From a virus, in the IMG/VR virus record IMGVR_UViG_3300045988_181388, positions 1-39,867 of that record: a stretch of DNA of 39,867 bases; one strand, given 5' to 3'. Position 1 is the stretch's first letter, and the number at the start of each line of letters is the position of its first letter. The notes below the pieces were generated by a model, which did not search any database, was not told the DNA's origin, and worked only from the letters and a program-made list of their open reading frames with translations. Position numbers and translations under genes: made by a program. Shown here piece by piece: positions 1-8,007 of this stretch.

Positions 1-68
1 ACTACGCAAAGATAGGCTCTTCGGGCAACTACGCACAGATAGGCTCTTCGGGCGATTCCGCAAAGATA
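1..68. repeat. Terminal overlap copy A (identical to 39800-39867); circular closure
   Basis: Direct comparison: actacgcaaagataggctcttcgggcaactacgcacagataggctcttcgggcgattccgcaaagata occurs at both window ends. Confidence 0.95.
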
Positions 69-287
69 ACAAGCGAAGGTAAATACGCTGTTATTTGTTG
101 TGCTGGGCATGGCTCGATTGCAAAAGGAAAGATAGGCTCTTGGATAACGCTTTCGGAGTGGAAGTACAGCAACATCGAGCATGCAAATATTCCCGTTTGC
201 GTAAAGACGGAAAAGGTAGACGGCATAAGAATAAAAGCCGATACGTTTTATAAGCTTGTAAACGGCGAATTTGTCGAGGTGAAATAA
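1..287 (+). CDS. 3' part of the junction-spanning gene (5' part is 39442..39867); joined product is 214 aa, a nonapeptide-repeat (beta-helix-like) phage protein
   Basis: Frame 3 is open from base 3 to TAA at 285-287 (..YAKIGSSGNYAQIGSSGDSAKITSEGKYAVICCAGHGSIAKGKIGSWITLSEW..FVEVK*). The frame is continuous with 39442..39867 once the 68-bp overlap is removed. The ORF is absent from the supplied track because it runs off both ends. Confidence 0.8.
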   Translation, partial: YAKIGSSGNYAQIGSSGDSAKITSEGKYAVICCAGHGSIAKGKIGSWITLSEWKYSNIEHANIPVCVKTEKVDGIRIKADTFYKLVNGEFVEVK

Positions 288-889
288 TGAACACGTTGAT
301 AGATTATCACGACGGAAGTTTTGCCGAAAAGATATCGGGAACGCATGAAGAGGATATCGACCGTCTTAACGATATGTTCGAAGATTCCGATTACGTGCCG
401 ATTGACCCCGAAAACCTTGTATTTGAGTACGTAGGCGATGAAGACGTTTATATAAAGGCATATGCCCGGTACATAATATCGCCGTTTGCGAATTACGGAA
501 AAGACTGCATAACGTTTACGTACGACGCGGTTAAACATATAGCGGAAAATTTATACTTTATCGACAATGAGATGTCGCGAATGTATATTGCAATGGCGTG
601 CGCGGACCGGCTCGGCAACGAGGAGCTTAAAACACGGTCTAAGGCGCGGCTTAACGAGATAATAACGGCTTATGCAAAAGAGCTTGAAGCAAAGCGCAAA
701 CACACGATAAGAGTTCCGAAAGCCTGTATAGACGGCGAGGACTGTTACAAACGCTTTAAGGAGCATACTTGCCCGGAAAGCACAAAATACGCAAGCTTAA
801 CGGATTACTTAAAAGAAAGGTGTCCGCTTGAGGTTGCCGAAAGAGAAGCCAACGAGACGGGAATACCGCTCGAGGTAATAAGACTTTAA
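287..889 (+). CDS. Hypothetical early protein (200 aa)
   Basis: ATG overlaps the upstream stop (TAATG). Long ORF in the operon orientation; no motif recognised. Confidence 0.6.
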   Translation: MNTLIDYHDGSFAEKISGTHEEDIDRLNDMFEDSDYVPIDPENLVFEYVGDEDVYIKAYARYIISPFANYGKDCITFTYDAVKHIAENLYFIDNEMSRMYIAMACADRLGNEELKTRSKARLNEIITAYAKELEAKRKHTIRVPKACIDGEDCYKRFKEHTCPESTKYASLTDYLKERCPLEVAEREANETGIPLEVIRL

Positions 890-906
890 AAAAGGAGTGA
901 AAGACA

Positions 907-1791
907 ATGGCATTCAGAAAAGCACAAAGAAAACAAGTGAAACTAAAGATAGGTATCTCCGCACCGTCTGGCGCGGGAAAGACTTATTCGGCACTTTTAA
1001 TCGCGCACGGTATTTGCGGGAATTGGGACGATATCGCCGTGATAGACACGGAGAACGGCTCGGCGGAGCTTTACAGCGACCTCGGCGGTTATTCGGTTGA
1101 ATCGATAACCCCGCCGTTCTTGCCTGAAAAGTACATAAACGCGATTAAAGAAGCGGAAATGGCAGGCTTTAAAGTCCTCATAATCGACAGCCTGTCGCAC
1201 GCATGGACGGGCGAGGGCGGCTTACTCGATATGCAGGATAAAGCGGTTAAAGCAAGCAAGAGTGGGAACAGCTTCACGGCATGGCGAGAAGTTACGCCGG
1301 AGCATAACAAGCTCGTTGACACGATTTTACAGAGTGACCTCGACATTATCGTAACGACGAGGGCAAAAGCCGAGTATGTCGTTACCGATGATAACGGCAA
1401 GAAAGGTTATAAAAAGATAGGGCTTGCGCCTGTTTTCCGAGACGGTCTCGAATATGAATTAACGACGTTTTTCGATATGACGCAGGAGCATATAGCGACA
1501 GCAAGCAAAGACAGGACAGGCTTATTCGATAAAGGCTTTGTGCCAACGGAAGAGACAGGAAAGGCTTTGAATGATTGGCGAAATCAGGGAACCGCGCTTG
1601 TTTGCGAGGTTTGCAAAAAACCTATGCCGTTCTCACTTTATAAGAAGATAAAAGAAGCTTACGGATTCGCCTGCTGTTGCAAAGAGTGTAAAGAGAAATA
1701 CCTTGCAATGCAGAGCGAAAAGGCGGAAAAGCCCGAAGAGAAGCCAAAGAAAGCCGCTAAAAAGGCGGAAGAAAAGGCAGAAGAAAAATGA
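907..1791 (+). CDS. Sak4-like RecA-fold ATPase (AAA_24 type) with a C-terminal Cys cluster and Lys/Glu-rich tail
   Basis: SD AAAGGAG lies upstream. Walker A is GISAPSGAGKTYSA and the Walker B-like segment is VLIIDSLSHAW. The gene sits in a recombination module with ssb. The C-terminus reads CEVCKK..CCCKECKEK followed by KAEKPEEKPKKAAKKAEEKAEEK. Confidence 0.8.
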   Translation: MAFRKAQRKQVKLKIGISAPSGAGKTYSALLIAHGICGNWDDIAVIDTENGSAELYSDLGGYSVESITPPFLPEKYINAIKEAEMAGFKVLIIDSLSHAWTGEGGLLDMQDKAVKASKSGNSFTAWREVTPEHNKLVDTILQSDLDIIVTTRAKAEYVVTDDNGKKGYKKIGLAPVFRDGLEYELTTFFDMTQEHIATASKDRTGLFDKGFVPTEETGKALNDWRNQGTALVCEVCKKPMPFSLYKKIKEAYGFACCCKECKEKYLAMQSEKAEKPEEKPKKAAKKAEEKAEEK

Positions 1792-1893
1792 TACAATCAC
1801 GAGCGGCGGCGTGTTGTAAATAAAAAAAGGTAAATATATTTGTGGTCGGTTGCTCCGCCGCAAAAGACCGCAGAGAACCTCAAAGGAGCGGAT

Positions 1894-2235
1894 ATGAAGA
1901 AAGCGGAAAAGCCCGAATTTACGGACGAGATGAGAGCCAAGCTTAACTCAATGGTACGGCTTTTGTACAAACGTTTTTACACAAAGCAGGAGCTTATGGA
2001 GATATATAACGTCGGCGAACGTCAAATAAGAATGATGATAACGGCGATATCTCACAGGCTTCCGGTAATGTCAACGAGCGGCACGAATAACGGCTATAAG
2101 ATAGCCACAAGCCCCGAAGAACTCGAGCTTGTGGAGAATTCGTGGGCGGAGCTTTCAAGCCGTATAGAAGAGCTTCAGAAGCGCATATCGCCCTTAATCA
2201 AATTTCGAGACAAAATAAAATACGGAGTAAATTAA
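1894..2235 (+). CDS. Hypothetical protein (113 aa)
   Basis: The ATG at 1894 is preceded by AAAGGAG (1882-1888). I prefer it to the track start at 1840, which lacks an SD. Confidence 0.6.
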   Translation: MKKAEKPEFTDEMRAKLNSMVRLLYKRFYTKQELMEIYNVGERQIRMMITAISHRLPVMSTSGTNNGYKIATSPEELELVENSWAELSSRIEELQKRISPLIKFRDKIKYGVN

Positions 2236-2236
2236 A

Positions 2237-2551
2237 ATGAAACTTGAAAAGAGCAAAGAAAAGAAAGAAGGATTTCACATCACTATTACAGACCTTACGA
2301 CAGGCGAAACGTTAATCGATGAGAGTTCTGAGGCTATACTCGGAAGCATTGTTTGCGACGACGGCGTACATGGTATAAGTTATACACACTGTAACGCGCT
2401 GAAGATTATCAAAGCGGTCACAGTCACCGAAAAGGTTGTTAAATCGACTAAAGAAAAAGTTGTTAAGAAAATCCCGCCCGAACTTATCTCAGAATTGTTA
2501 TTCGGCGATAATGACGAAGACGAGGAAGAAGAGGAAGACGACGATGAATAA
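2237..2551 (+). CDS. Hypothetical protein with a poly-acidic C-terminal tail (DNDEDEEEEEDDDE)
   Basis: ORF tightly packed between neighbours; its 3' end overlaps the ssb start. Confidence 0.6.
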   Translation: MKLEKSKEKKEGFHITITDLTTGETLIDESSEAILGSIVCDDGVHGISYTHCNALKIIKAVTVTEKVVKSTKEKVVKKIPPELISELLFGDNDEDEEEEEDDDE

Positions 2552-2954
2552 AGTAGTCATCATCGGTAATTTAACAAAAGACCCCGAGCTTGCGGAAACA
2601 TCGAGCGGAATCTCCTACACTAATTTAAGCGTTGCCGTTTCCCGTCCGTTCGTAAACGAAGACGGGGAGCGCGCGACGGATTTCTTCAACGTCACCGTGT
2701 GGAGAACCCAGGCGGAAAATTGCGCGAAGTATCTTACGAAAGGTAAGAAGGTATCAATCGTCGCAAGGCTTCAGAACAGAACCTACGAGGATAAAAACGG
2801 AAACAAACGGTATGTAAACGATATAATCGCCGAAGAAGTGGAATTTTTATCGCCGTCCGATAAATCATCGGAAGAATATCAAAGACCGTCTGAACGTGCT
2901 TCTAAGGCTTCAAAAGCTCAACTTGAGGAAGTAGAGGAAGATCTGCCGTTCTGA
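2544..2954 (+). CDS. ssb: Single-stranded DNA-binding protein
   Basis: OB-fold N-terminus MNKVVIIGNLTKDPEL.., then FFNVTVWRTQAENCAKYL..VSIVARLQNRTYEDKNG, and the hallmark acidic tip EEDLPF. The start is chosen at the internal ATG 2544 of track ORF 2436..2954. Confidence 0.9.
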   Translation: MNKVVIIGNLTKDPELAETSSGISYTNLSVAVSRPFVNEDGERATDFFNVTVWRTQAENCAKYLTKGKKVSIVARLQNRTYEDKNGNKRYVNDIIAEEVEFLSPSDKSSEEYQRPSERASKASKAQLEEVEEDLPF

Positions 2955-3361
2955 TGAAATGCTTAATTTGCGGCGCGACCGTTAAAGGCGGGGCGGTATG
3001 TCCGAAATGTTGGAACGGCGTTTTCTCAACAAGACCGACGAGCAAATACAATGCTCGGAAAGTCGTGACGGAAGACGGACAATTTGACAGCAAATTAGAG
3101 TGCCGCCGTTGGAACGAATTAAAGCTCCTCGAAAAAGCGGGAGTTATAAAGGATTTGAAAAGGCAGGTAAGATTGCCGATTATAAGCAAAAGCCGCTATG
3201 GCAAAGAGATAGCTTATATCGCCGATTTTACCTACCTTGAAGGCGAAAAACTCGTCGTGGAAGACACTAAGTCGGAAGCGACGAAAACACCGCTTTACAG
3301 GCTTAAAAAACGGCTTGTGGCGGAAAAATACGGAATAGTAATCAAAGAGATAATAAGGTAA
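2954..3361 (+). CDS. DUF1064-type putative Holliday-junction resolvase/nuclease with an N-terminal zinc ribbon
   Basis: KYNARKVVTEDGQFDSKLECRRWNELKLLEKAGVIKDLKRQV matches the DUF1064 signature as I remember it. The N-terminus carries CxxC..CxxC. The gene lies next to ssb. Confidence 0.65.
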   Translation: MKCLICGATVKGGAVCPKCWNGVFSTRPTSKYNARKVVTEDGQFDSKLECRRWNELKLLEKAGVIKDLKRQVRLPIISKSRYGKEIAYIADFTYLEGEKLVVEDTKSEATKTPLYRLKKRLVAEKYGIVIKEIIR

Positions 3362-3369
3362 GAATCGAC

Positions 3370-4161
3370 ATGGGAAGAAATGAAAAGACATCTTTTGATT
3401 TCTTCCGAGTTGAAACGGATTTTTTCAATAATAAAAAAATAAAGTCCCTACGGCGGCTTTACGGACCGATTGGGTTATCGACGTATCTATATCTACTTGC
3501 TTATATATACGGACATGACGGATATTATGTTAAATTTTCAAACATAGAAGATTTAAGTTATGATATTGCGGAAGCGATATCCGGCGATAACGTTGGAAAA
3601 GTAGCGCGTCGCGTGGCTGAGTGCATTAACTATCTTGCTGATAGTGACCTGATTGATAAAGGCTATCTGGCGGAGGGCATAATCACCAGTGTTTCCATGC
3701 AAGGACAATATATTGCAATGTGCAAAGCGTGCAGACGCTTAATAAAATTGCCGAAGTACTGTTTGATTGACGAGGACTCTTTTAAGTCAACCGAAAAAGA
3801 AATAACTTCGGAAGAAATACCGATTTCCTCGGAAGAAATACCGATTTCCTCGGAAAAAATGCGACATATTAAAGAAGAGGAAATTATAGTAAGTAAGAAA
3901 GAAAGAAAAGAAAAAGAAATAATAAATAATAAACCGCGCGAGAGCTACGAAACAGTGATGGACGATATGTGTCTCGAAGAGGAAGTAAAGCCGATGATGT
4001 GGTCGTTTATAAGGCATTGCCAACTTAACGGAAAGACGCTTACAAACGATAAGCTGATAAATATACTTTTTGAAATGGACAAGCAAAGGCTAAGCCCCGC
4101 CGAAAAGATTCAAGCTTTAGAAGCGGCGGTAAACGGCGGTTATTATGATATTAAAAGGTAA
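3370..4161 (+). CDS. Replication initiator/organiser (DUF4373 Lin1244-like N-domain, DnaD-like C-region)
   Basis: FDFFRVETDFFNNKKIKSLRRLYGPIGLSTYLYLLAYIYGHDGYY is typical of the DUF4373 N-terminal domain of Firmicutes phage replication proteins. The gene contains an internal tandem repeat. Confidence 0.7.
   Translation: MGRNEKTSFDFFRVETDFFNNKKIKSLRRLYGPIGLSTYLYLLAYIYGHDGYYVKFSNIEDLSYDIAEAISGDNVGKVARRVAECINYLADSDLIDKGYLAEGIITSVSMQGQYIAMCKACRRLIKLPKYCLIDEDSFKSTEKEITSEEIPISSEEIPISSEKMRHIKEEEIIVSKKERKEKEIINNKPRESYETVMDDMCLEEEVKPMMWSFIRHCQLNGKTLTNDKLINILFEMDKQRLSPAEKIQALEAAVNGGYYDIKR
3809..3850. repeat. Perfect 21-bp tandem repeat x2 (cggaagaaataccgatttcct) inside the replication gene, with degenerate flanking copies and a purine/AT-rich tract downstream
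   Basis: Read directly: 3809-3829 = 3830-3850, encoding SEEIPIS twice. A degenerate copy gaaaaagaaataac lies just upstream, and an A-rich tract spans 3851-3945. Confidence 0.9.
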
Positions 4162-4213
4162 AAAAAAGATTAGGAAATTTAACATGAAAGACATTGAAAG
4201 GAGATAAAAAACG

Positions 4214-4438
4214 ATGATAAGTTGTCATCAGGCGATAACACGTCGTCCGCCGATCCGGGGCGAAAATCCGTACAAGGAACACAAAGCAAAAATCCAGGAA
4301 AGAGTGCGCCGCGCTCGTCAGATTGAATACTGTTTAACTCAATGCCCGCACGGCGAAAAGCCATGTAACGGCACATGCGAGGAATTAAAGGCTTTTATAA
4401 GCATAAAGAGAGGTGAAAACAATGTTAGACAAATTTGA
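4214..4438 (+). CDS. Hypothetical small basic Cys-containing protein (74 aa)
   Basis: SD GAAAGGAG lies about 10 nt upstream and the ORF is in the operon orientation. An antisense ORF of similar size exists, so confidence is modest. Confidence 0.4.
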   Translation: MISCHQAITRRPPIRGENPYKEHKAKIQERVRRARQIEYCLTQCPHGEKPCNGTCEELKAFISIKRGENNVRQI

Positions 4439-4604
4439 TGTGGGTTTCTTAGGAGCTTTAGCTTTTGTTTCTGTTGTATTACTTGTCGTTTACATGGTTG
4501 GAGATTCAAAGCACAAAAATATGGAAGCTGTCGGAATGGCTTGGTTTTATCTTATTATGCTTGTTACGCTTATAAACATGGTCAATTTTTTTAAAATATT
4601 TTGA
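4422..4604 (+). CDS. Small two-TM membrane protein (60 aa)
   Basis: ATG 4422 lies 8 nt after GAGG. Hydrophobic segments are FLGALAFVSVVLLVVYMV and WFYLIMLVTLINMVNFF. Confidence 0.6.
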   Translation: MLDKFDVGFLGALAFVSVVLLVVYMVGDSKHKNMEAVGMAWFYLIMLVTLINMVNFFKIF

Positions 4605-4616
4605 GAGGTGAGCGAA

Positions 4617-4841
4617 ATGGTTGATTTAGCTATCGGAATTATATCGCTTTTAACGCTTATTGCGGTTAATATGGTGCTGTTTATGCCTATGCGCCCGGGG
4701 CGGAAAGATATTATCCGAACGGTGGCAGTATGCGTTTTTATTTGGGGAAGCATACTCATCTCGCTTGTATGCGTTGCAAGAACGCTCGCAGGCTTATTAA
4801 ACGGCGATTTATTGATGAGGTGCATATTATGGAACAGATGA
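4617..4841 (+). CDS. Small membrane protein (74 aa)
   Basis: ATG 4617 lies 8 nt after GAGAGG. Hydrophobic segments are LAIGIISLLTLIAVNMVLF and VAVCVFIWGSILISLVCV. Confidence 0.6.
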   Translation: MVDLAIGIISLLTLIAVNMVLFMPMRPGRKDIIRTVAVCVFIWGSILISLVCVARTLAGLLNGDLLMRCILWNR

Positions 4842-5008
4842 ACGAGCGTGAATACCTTATCAGGCGGGCAGATTGCATTTCTAAGGCGTTTTTACAGTCT
4901 AATGAGTATAAGTGCCTATCCGATGAGAAAAGACAAGATTTAGCCGTGTTTGCGGTCTTTGTAAAAAACTATTTAAAAAAGGAGACGCGGGAAGATGAAA
5001 GTAACTAA
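4829..5008 (+). CDS. Hypothetical protein (59 aa)
   Basis: The internal ATG 4829 of track ORF 4730..5008 is preceded by GAGGTG. Confidence 0.5.
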   Translation: MEQMNEREYLIRRADCISKAFLQSNEYKCLSDEKRQDLAVFAVFVKNYLKKETREDESN

Positions 5009-5678
5009 AGCGCATTGTTTTTTTGAGCAAAGCGGAACATTTAAAAATGAGTTTAAAAAACTCGGAATCGAAGCGGAAGATTATGACATTCGGAATGACT
5101 TCGGGGAGACGGACAATGTGGTCGATTTAATGAATGAGATAGCATACGCATATTATCTCGATGAAAAGACCGTTTTTGATTATATCCATGCAGGCGAAAT
5201 AATCTTTGCTTTTTTTCCTTGCACACGGTTTGAAAACCAAATACAATTGGCTTTTAGAGGGGAACAATATCAAGACAAGAGCAAAGATGAAATTTCTAAA
5301 CTTGAAAGGGGTATGAAACTTCATCTTGAACTTCATAACTTGTATAAATCAATATCGATGTTGGCGATAGTGTGTTTGAAAAAAAATATTCCGCTCATAA
5401 TTGAGAACCCGTATTCGACGGCGCATTATCTGACGAGATATTGGTGTTTAAAGCCGAAAGTTATTGACATTGACAGATCGCGGCGCGGAGATTTATTTAA
5501 AAAACCGACGCAGTATTGGTTTATCAATTGCGAACCCAGTAAAAAAATATTATTTGAGCCTGTTGAAATTCCAGGCGGGGAAATAAAAATAATCGAAAAA
5601 ACCTCAAACAAAGTAGAGCGTTCGATGATTACTTCGGAATATGCAAGGCGGTTTATAAAAGAGTTTATTTTAGATTAA
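4995..5678 (+). CDS. Compact C5-cytosine-methyltransferase-like protein (227 aa)
   Basis: Ordered motifs resemble C5-MTase motifs: I (CFFEQSGTF), IV with a Pro-Cys (FAFFPCTRFE), VI (PLIIENPYS), and later RSRRGD / TQYWF / ERSMITSEYARRFIKEF. The protein is too short for a normal target-recognition domain. Confidence 0.5.
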   Translation: MKVTKAHCFFEQSGTFKNEFKKLGIEAEDYDIRNDFGETDNVVDLMNEIAYAYYLDEKTVFDYIHAGEIIFAFFPCTRFENQIQLAFRGEQYQDKSKDEISKLERGMKLHLELHNLYKSISMLAIVCLKKNIPLIIENPYSTAHYLTRYWCLKPKVIDIDRSRRGDLFKKPTQYWFINCEPSKKILFEPVEIPGGEIKIIEKTSNKVERSMITSEYARRFIKEFILD

Positions 5679-5697
5679 AAAGGAGAAAGAGTAAAAA

Positions 5698-6117
5698 ATG
5701 AAAATTAAAGACGTAAAAATCGGAATGAAAGTTATAGGCAACGATGTTGCCGATGAATATTATCTTTATACAAAAAAAGGATATATAGGAACTGTCGAAG
5801 CGGTTTGTGGTGATTATATTTATATACGAGGTGATGACGACGGTAAAACCTATTCAGTTTATCCGAAAGCCTTTGACAAATACGAAAAAGACGAAGAGGT
5901 TTTAAAAGTTTATCGCTCGGCGAACGGATACTATGTAGAATATAACGGTCAGATAGTGGCAGGTTCTCGTTGTCACCCTAACGACAAATTCAACGAACAG
6001 TTTGGACTTAACCTCGCGCTTCGGAGATTCTGCAAAACCTTAAACGATAGGACTGTTGTTGAGCAAAAGACGGTTACAAGAACGATTCTTAAGGTTAATG
6101 ATTTAGTTGGGGAGTGA
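5698..6117 (+). CDS. Hypothetical protein (139 aa)
   Basis: SD AGGAG lies upstream. The C-terminal motif SRCHPNDKFNEQFGLNLALRR recurs in phage proteins of unknown function (from memory). Confidence 0.6.
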   Translation: MKIKDVKIGMKVIGNDVADEYYLYTKKGYIGTVEAVCGDYIYIRGDDDGKTYSVYPKAFDKYEKDEEVLKVYRSANGYYVEYNGQIVAGSRCHPNDKFNEQFGLNLALRRFCKTLNDRTVVEQKTVTRTILKVNDLVGE

Positions 6118-6197
6118 AGTTATGTTTTTAAATGAAGAAGAACAATGTAGACGAACTTTTGAAGAAATATAACAAATAATACAAGAGGAAAGCGAAA

Positions 6198-6728
6198 ATG
6201 AAAGACTTAAAAGTTAATTGTGCTATAGGCGATGAGGTTTATAAAATTTGTACAGAATGCAAGTACGGACTTAACGGCGAATGCCATTATTATAACGCTG
6301 ATAGATATAGCTCTTGCTATAATACTGAAAGCGTAAAAATTTATCCAGACGGAAGTTATGATCAAGGCGAATTGCAGGTCGTAAAAGTACGGGTTTGTAA
6401 AAATATGTTTTTTATTGCAAACGAATGGTTTAATATTGCTTATTTTTTTGATAAAACAGAAGCCTATAAAGCAATGGATGAGTATGCGAAAATTAGAAAA
6501 ATAGAATCAATAAAAGACCGTGTTGAACAATTTATGCGTTGGCATGCAAGGCGTTATACAGGTGTTAATTTTAGAGATAAGTCAGTAATAACCTTTTACT
6601 GCCCGATTTGTCGTTTTGAAACAAAGGAATTTGAACGAAACGTCGCAGATGAGTATGGCATTCCAGAATATCATATAGAGTATTGCCCTGTTTGTGGCAC
6701 AAGGAGACAGAAAAATGAAAAGGAATAG
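6198..6728 (+). CDS. Cys-rich (zinc-ribbon-like) hypothetical protein (176 aa)
   Basis: SD AGAGGAAAG lies upstream. Cys motifs are CTECKYGLNGECH and CPICRF..CPVCG. Confidence 0.6.
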   Translation: MKDLKVNCAIGDEVYKICTECKYGLNGECHYYNADRYSSCYNTESVKIYPDGSYDQGELQVVKVRVCKNMFFIANEWFNIAYFFDKTEAYKAMDEYAKIRKIESIKDRVEQFMRWHARRYTGVNFRDKSVITFYCPICRFETKEFERNVADEYGIPEYHIEYCPVCGTRRQKNEKE

Positions 6729-7029
6729 AAAGAAACGAACGGAATCAAAGGAATTGAAGAGCTTAAGATTTAAAAAGTCACTTATTATTATCGCCATGAT
6801 AGTAATAACGCTTTTATCGCTTAGCGGCGAAGCTGTCGCTGTTATTCATCAAATTAAGCTTCAAACCGAGAGATTCGGGGCTGTAATGCAGTTTGCGTAC
6901 ATATGGAATTTATACGATTTATTTAGTCTGACGCTTTTAGGACTTGCGGGGAATCTTCCGCTGTTGGTAAAACTCGACGATTTAAACGAACAAATTGAAA
7001 GAGAAATTTTTTTAAAAAGAGGATATTGA
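6715..7029 (+). CDS. Membrane protein (104 aa)
   Basis: ATG 6715 follows AAGGAG. The N-terminus is basic, followed by TM segments LIIIAMIVITLLSL and LFSLTLLGLAGNLPLLV. Confidence 0.55.
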   Translation: MKRNRKKRTESKELKSLRFKKSLIIIAMIVITLLSLSGEAVAVIHQIKLQTERFGAVMQFAYIWNLYDLFSLTLLGLAGNLPLLVKLDDLNEQIEREIFLKRGY

Positions 7030-7030
7030 A

Positions 7031-7255
7031 ATGAAATGCAGAGAAATTACTGTAACGATTGAAGAAGATATTGTAGACCTTGACATAGCAACAAGAAAGA
7101 AGTTTATGAAGCCTTATCAATTAAAATGCGTAATGTACGATGAAAATATCGCAGGATTTAATAGCGCTTTAGATAGTGAAATGGTAAAAATGAGAGCGTG
7201 CGAGATGTTGGATAAACTCAAAGAAAGTATAAAGCAAGGAGTGGTTAATTTATGA
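7031..7255 (+). CDS. Hypothetical protein (74 aa)
   Basis: Tightly packed ORF in the early operon. Confidence 0.55.
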   Translation: MKCREITVTIEEDIVDLDIATRKKFMKPYQLKCVMYDENIAGFNSALDSEMVKMRACEMLDKLKESIKQGVVNL

Positions 7256-7545
7256 ATCAGACAATCAACGATTTACTCACCGAATTTGACAAAATGGGCT
7301 TTGCGCCTACAAATGTTTGCGACAACCCCGAAAGAAAGGCAAAATTATGGAAATCGGCGTTAGTGTACGAACTTGGATTACTCTTAGATGAACATGCCGC
7401 AATCAGAAAAAAAGAGGTTGAAGAGTTTGCCGAAAAGTTGAAAGCAAAAGTTCTCGACAAAACGTGCATAAATAAAGATTTCAACATAAATATTAGCGAC
7501 ATATACAAAATGATAGAAGAGACTTTAAAGGAGTATGAGAAATGA
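7252..7545 (+). CDS. Hypothetical protein (97 aa)
   Basis: ATGA start/stop overlap with the upstream gene. Confidence 0.55.
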   Translation: MNQTINDLLTEFDKMGFAPTNVCDNPERKAKLWKSALVYELGLLLDEHAAIRKKEVEEFAEKLKAKVLDKTCINKDFNINISDIYKMIEETLKEYEK

Positions 7546-7826
7546 ATCGTGAACCTATGAAACATTTATCGTTTAAATTAGGCGACCTACCTATCATGAA
7601 AAACAACGGCGATACTTACGAGCTTGAATTGTGCCGTAAAGCCGTTGCAAGCGTTATGAAAGACGTAGAAAAAGCAGATGACAAAGTGATATATGAAGCA
7701 ATGATTGAATTCGCCAAAAAGGGAAATTTTACCGATATTTATCTGATAGACGAGGATTTTTTACGCTCAGCAATAACTCATGAAATCGAACGAAGAAGGA
7801 GAATGAAAGATGAAATACAGTCATGA
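7542..7826 (+). CDS. Hypothetical protein (94 aa)
   Basis: ATGA overlap with the upstream gene. Confidence 0.55.
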   Translation: MNREPMKHLSFKLGDLPIMKNNGDTYELELCRKAVASVMKDVEKADDKVIYEAMIEFAKKGNFTDIYLIDEDFLRSAITHEIERRRRMKDEIQS

Positions 7827-8007
7827 AAGCGAAGAGTTGAACGCCCTTTTAGGGCATAGAGTAAAAATTACGCTTTTCGACGACACAATCATAACGGGCG
7901 TATTAACTCGCGCAGAGTGGAAGCCAGGTCGGTACGAATGCGAAAATTATACTTTCCGCAAAACACACGTTAAGAAAATCGAGGTGGTAAAATGGAATCA
8001 GTTTTAA
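7810..8007 (+). CDS. Hypothetical small protein (65 aa)
   Basis: SD GGAGAATGAAAG context; overlaps both neighbours. Confidence 0.5.
   Translation: MKYSHESEELNALLGHRVKITLFDDTIITGVLTRAEWKPGRYECENYTFRKTHVKKIEVVKWNQF

Noticed and set aside
1-68. The terminal repeat considered as a physical DTR or cos site.
   Set aside because: It lies in the middle of an ORF and inside a tandem coding repeat, which is much more consistent with an assembler's circular overlap.
1056-1073. An 18-nt exact repeat cggctcggcggagcttta, also present at 15371-15388 (coding in the Sak4 gene, non-coding after the double terminator).
   Set aside because: It is a single short match with no flanking similarity. It could be chance or an old recombination scar, and I cannot assign a function.
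897-1100. Alternative-frame ORF (67 aa) at the start of the Sak4-like gene.
   Set aside because: It overlaps the Walker A region of a clearly real gene, and its product is basic low-complexity.
1723-1917. A 15-nt repeat gcggaaaagcccgaa at 1723 and 1903, encoding AEKPE in the tail of one gene and the head of the next.
   Set aside because: It is short and lies in low-complexity Lys/Glu-rich coding context. It is probably a compositional coincidence or a minor duplication.
2436-2543. N-terminal extension of ssb (track start 2436).
   Set aside because: The extension is basic junk overlapping the previous gene. The canonical SSB N-terminus MNKVVIIGNL starts at 2544.
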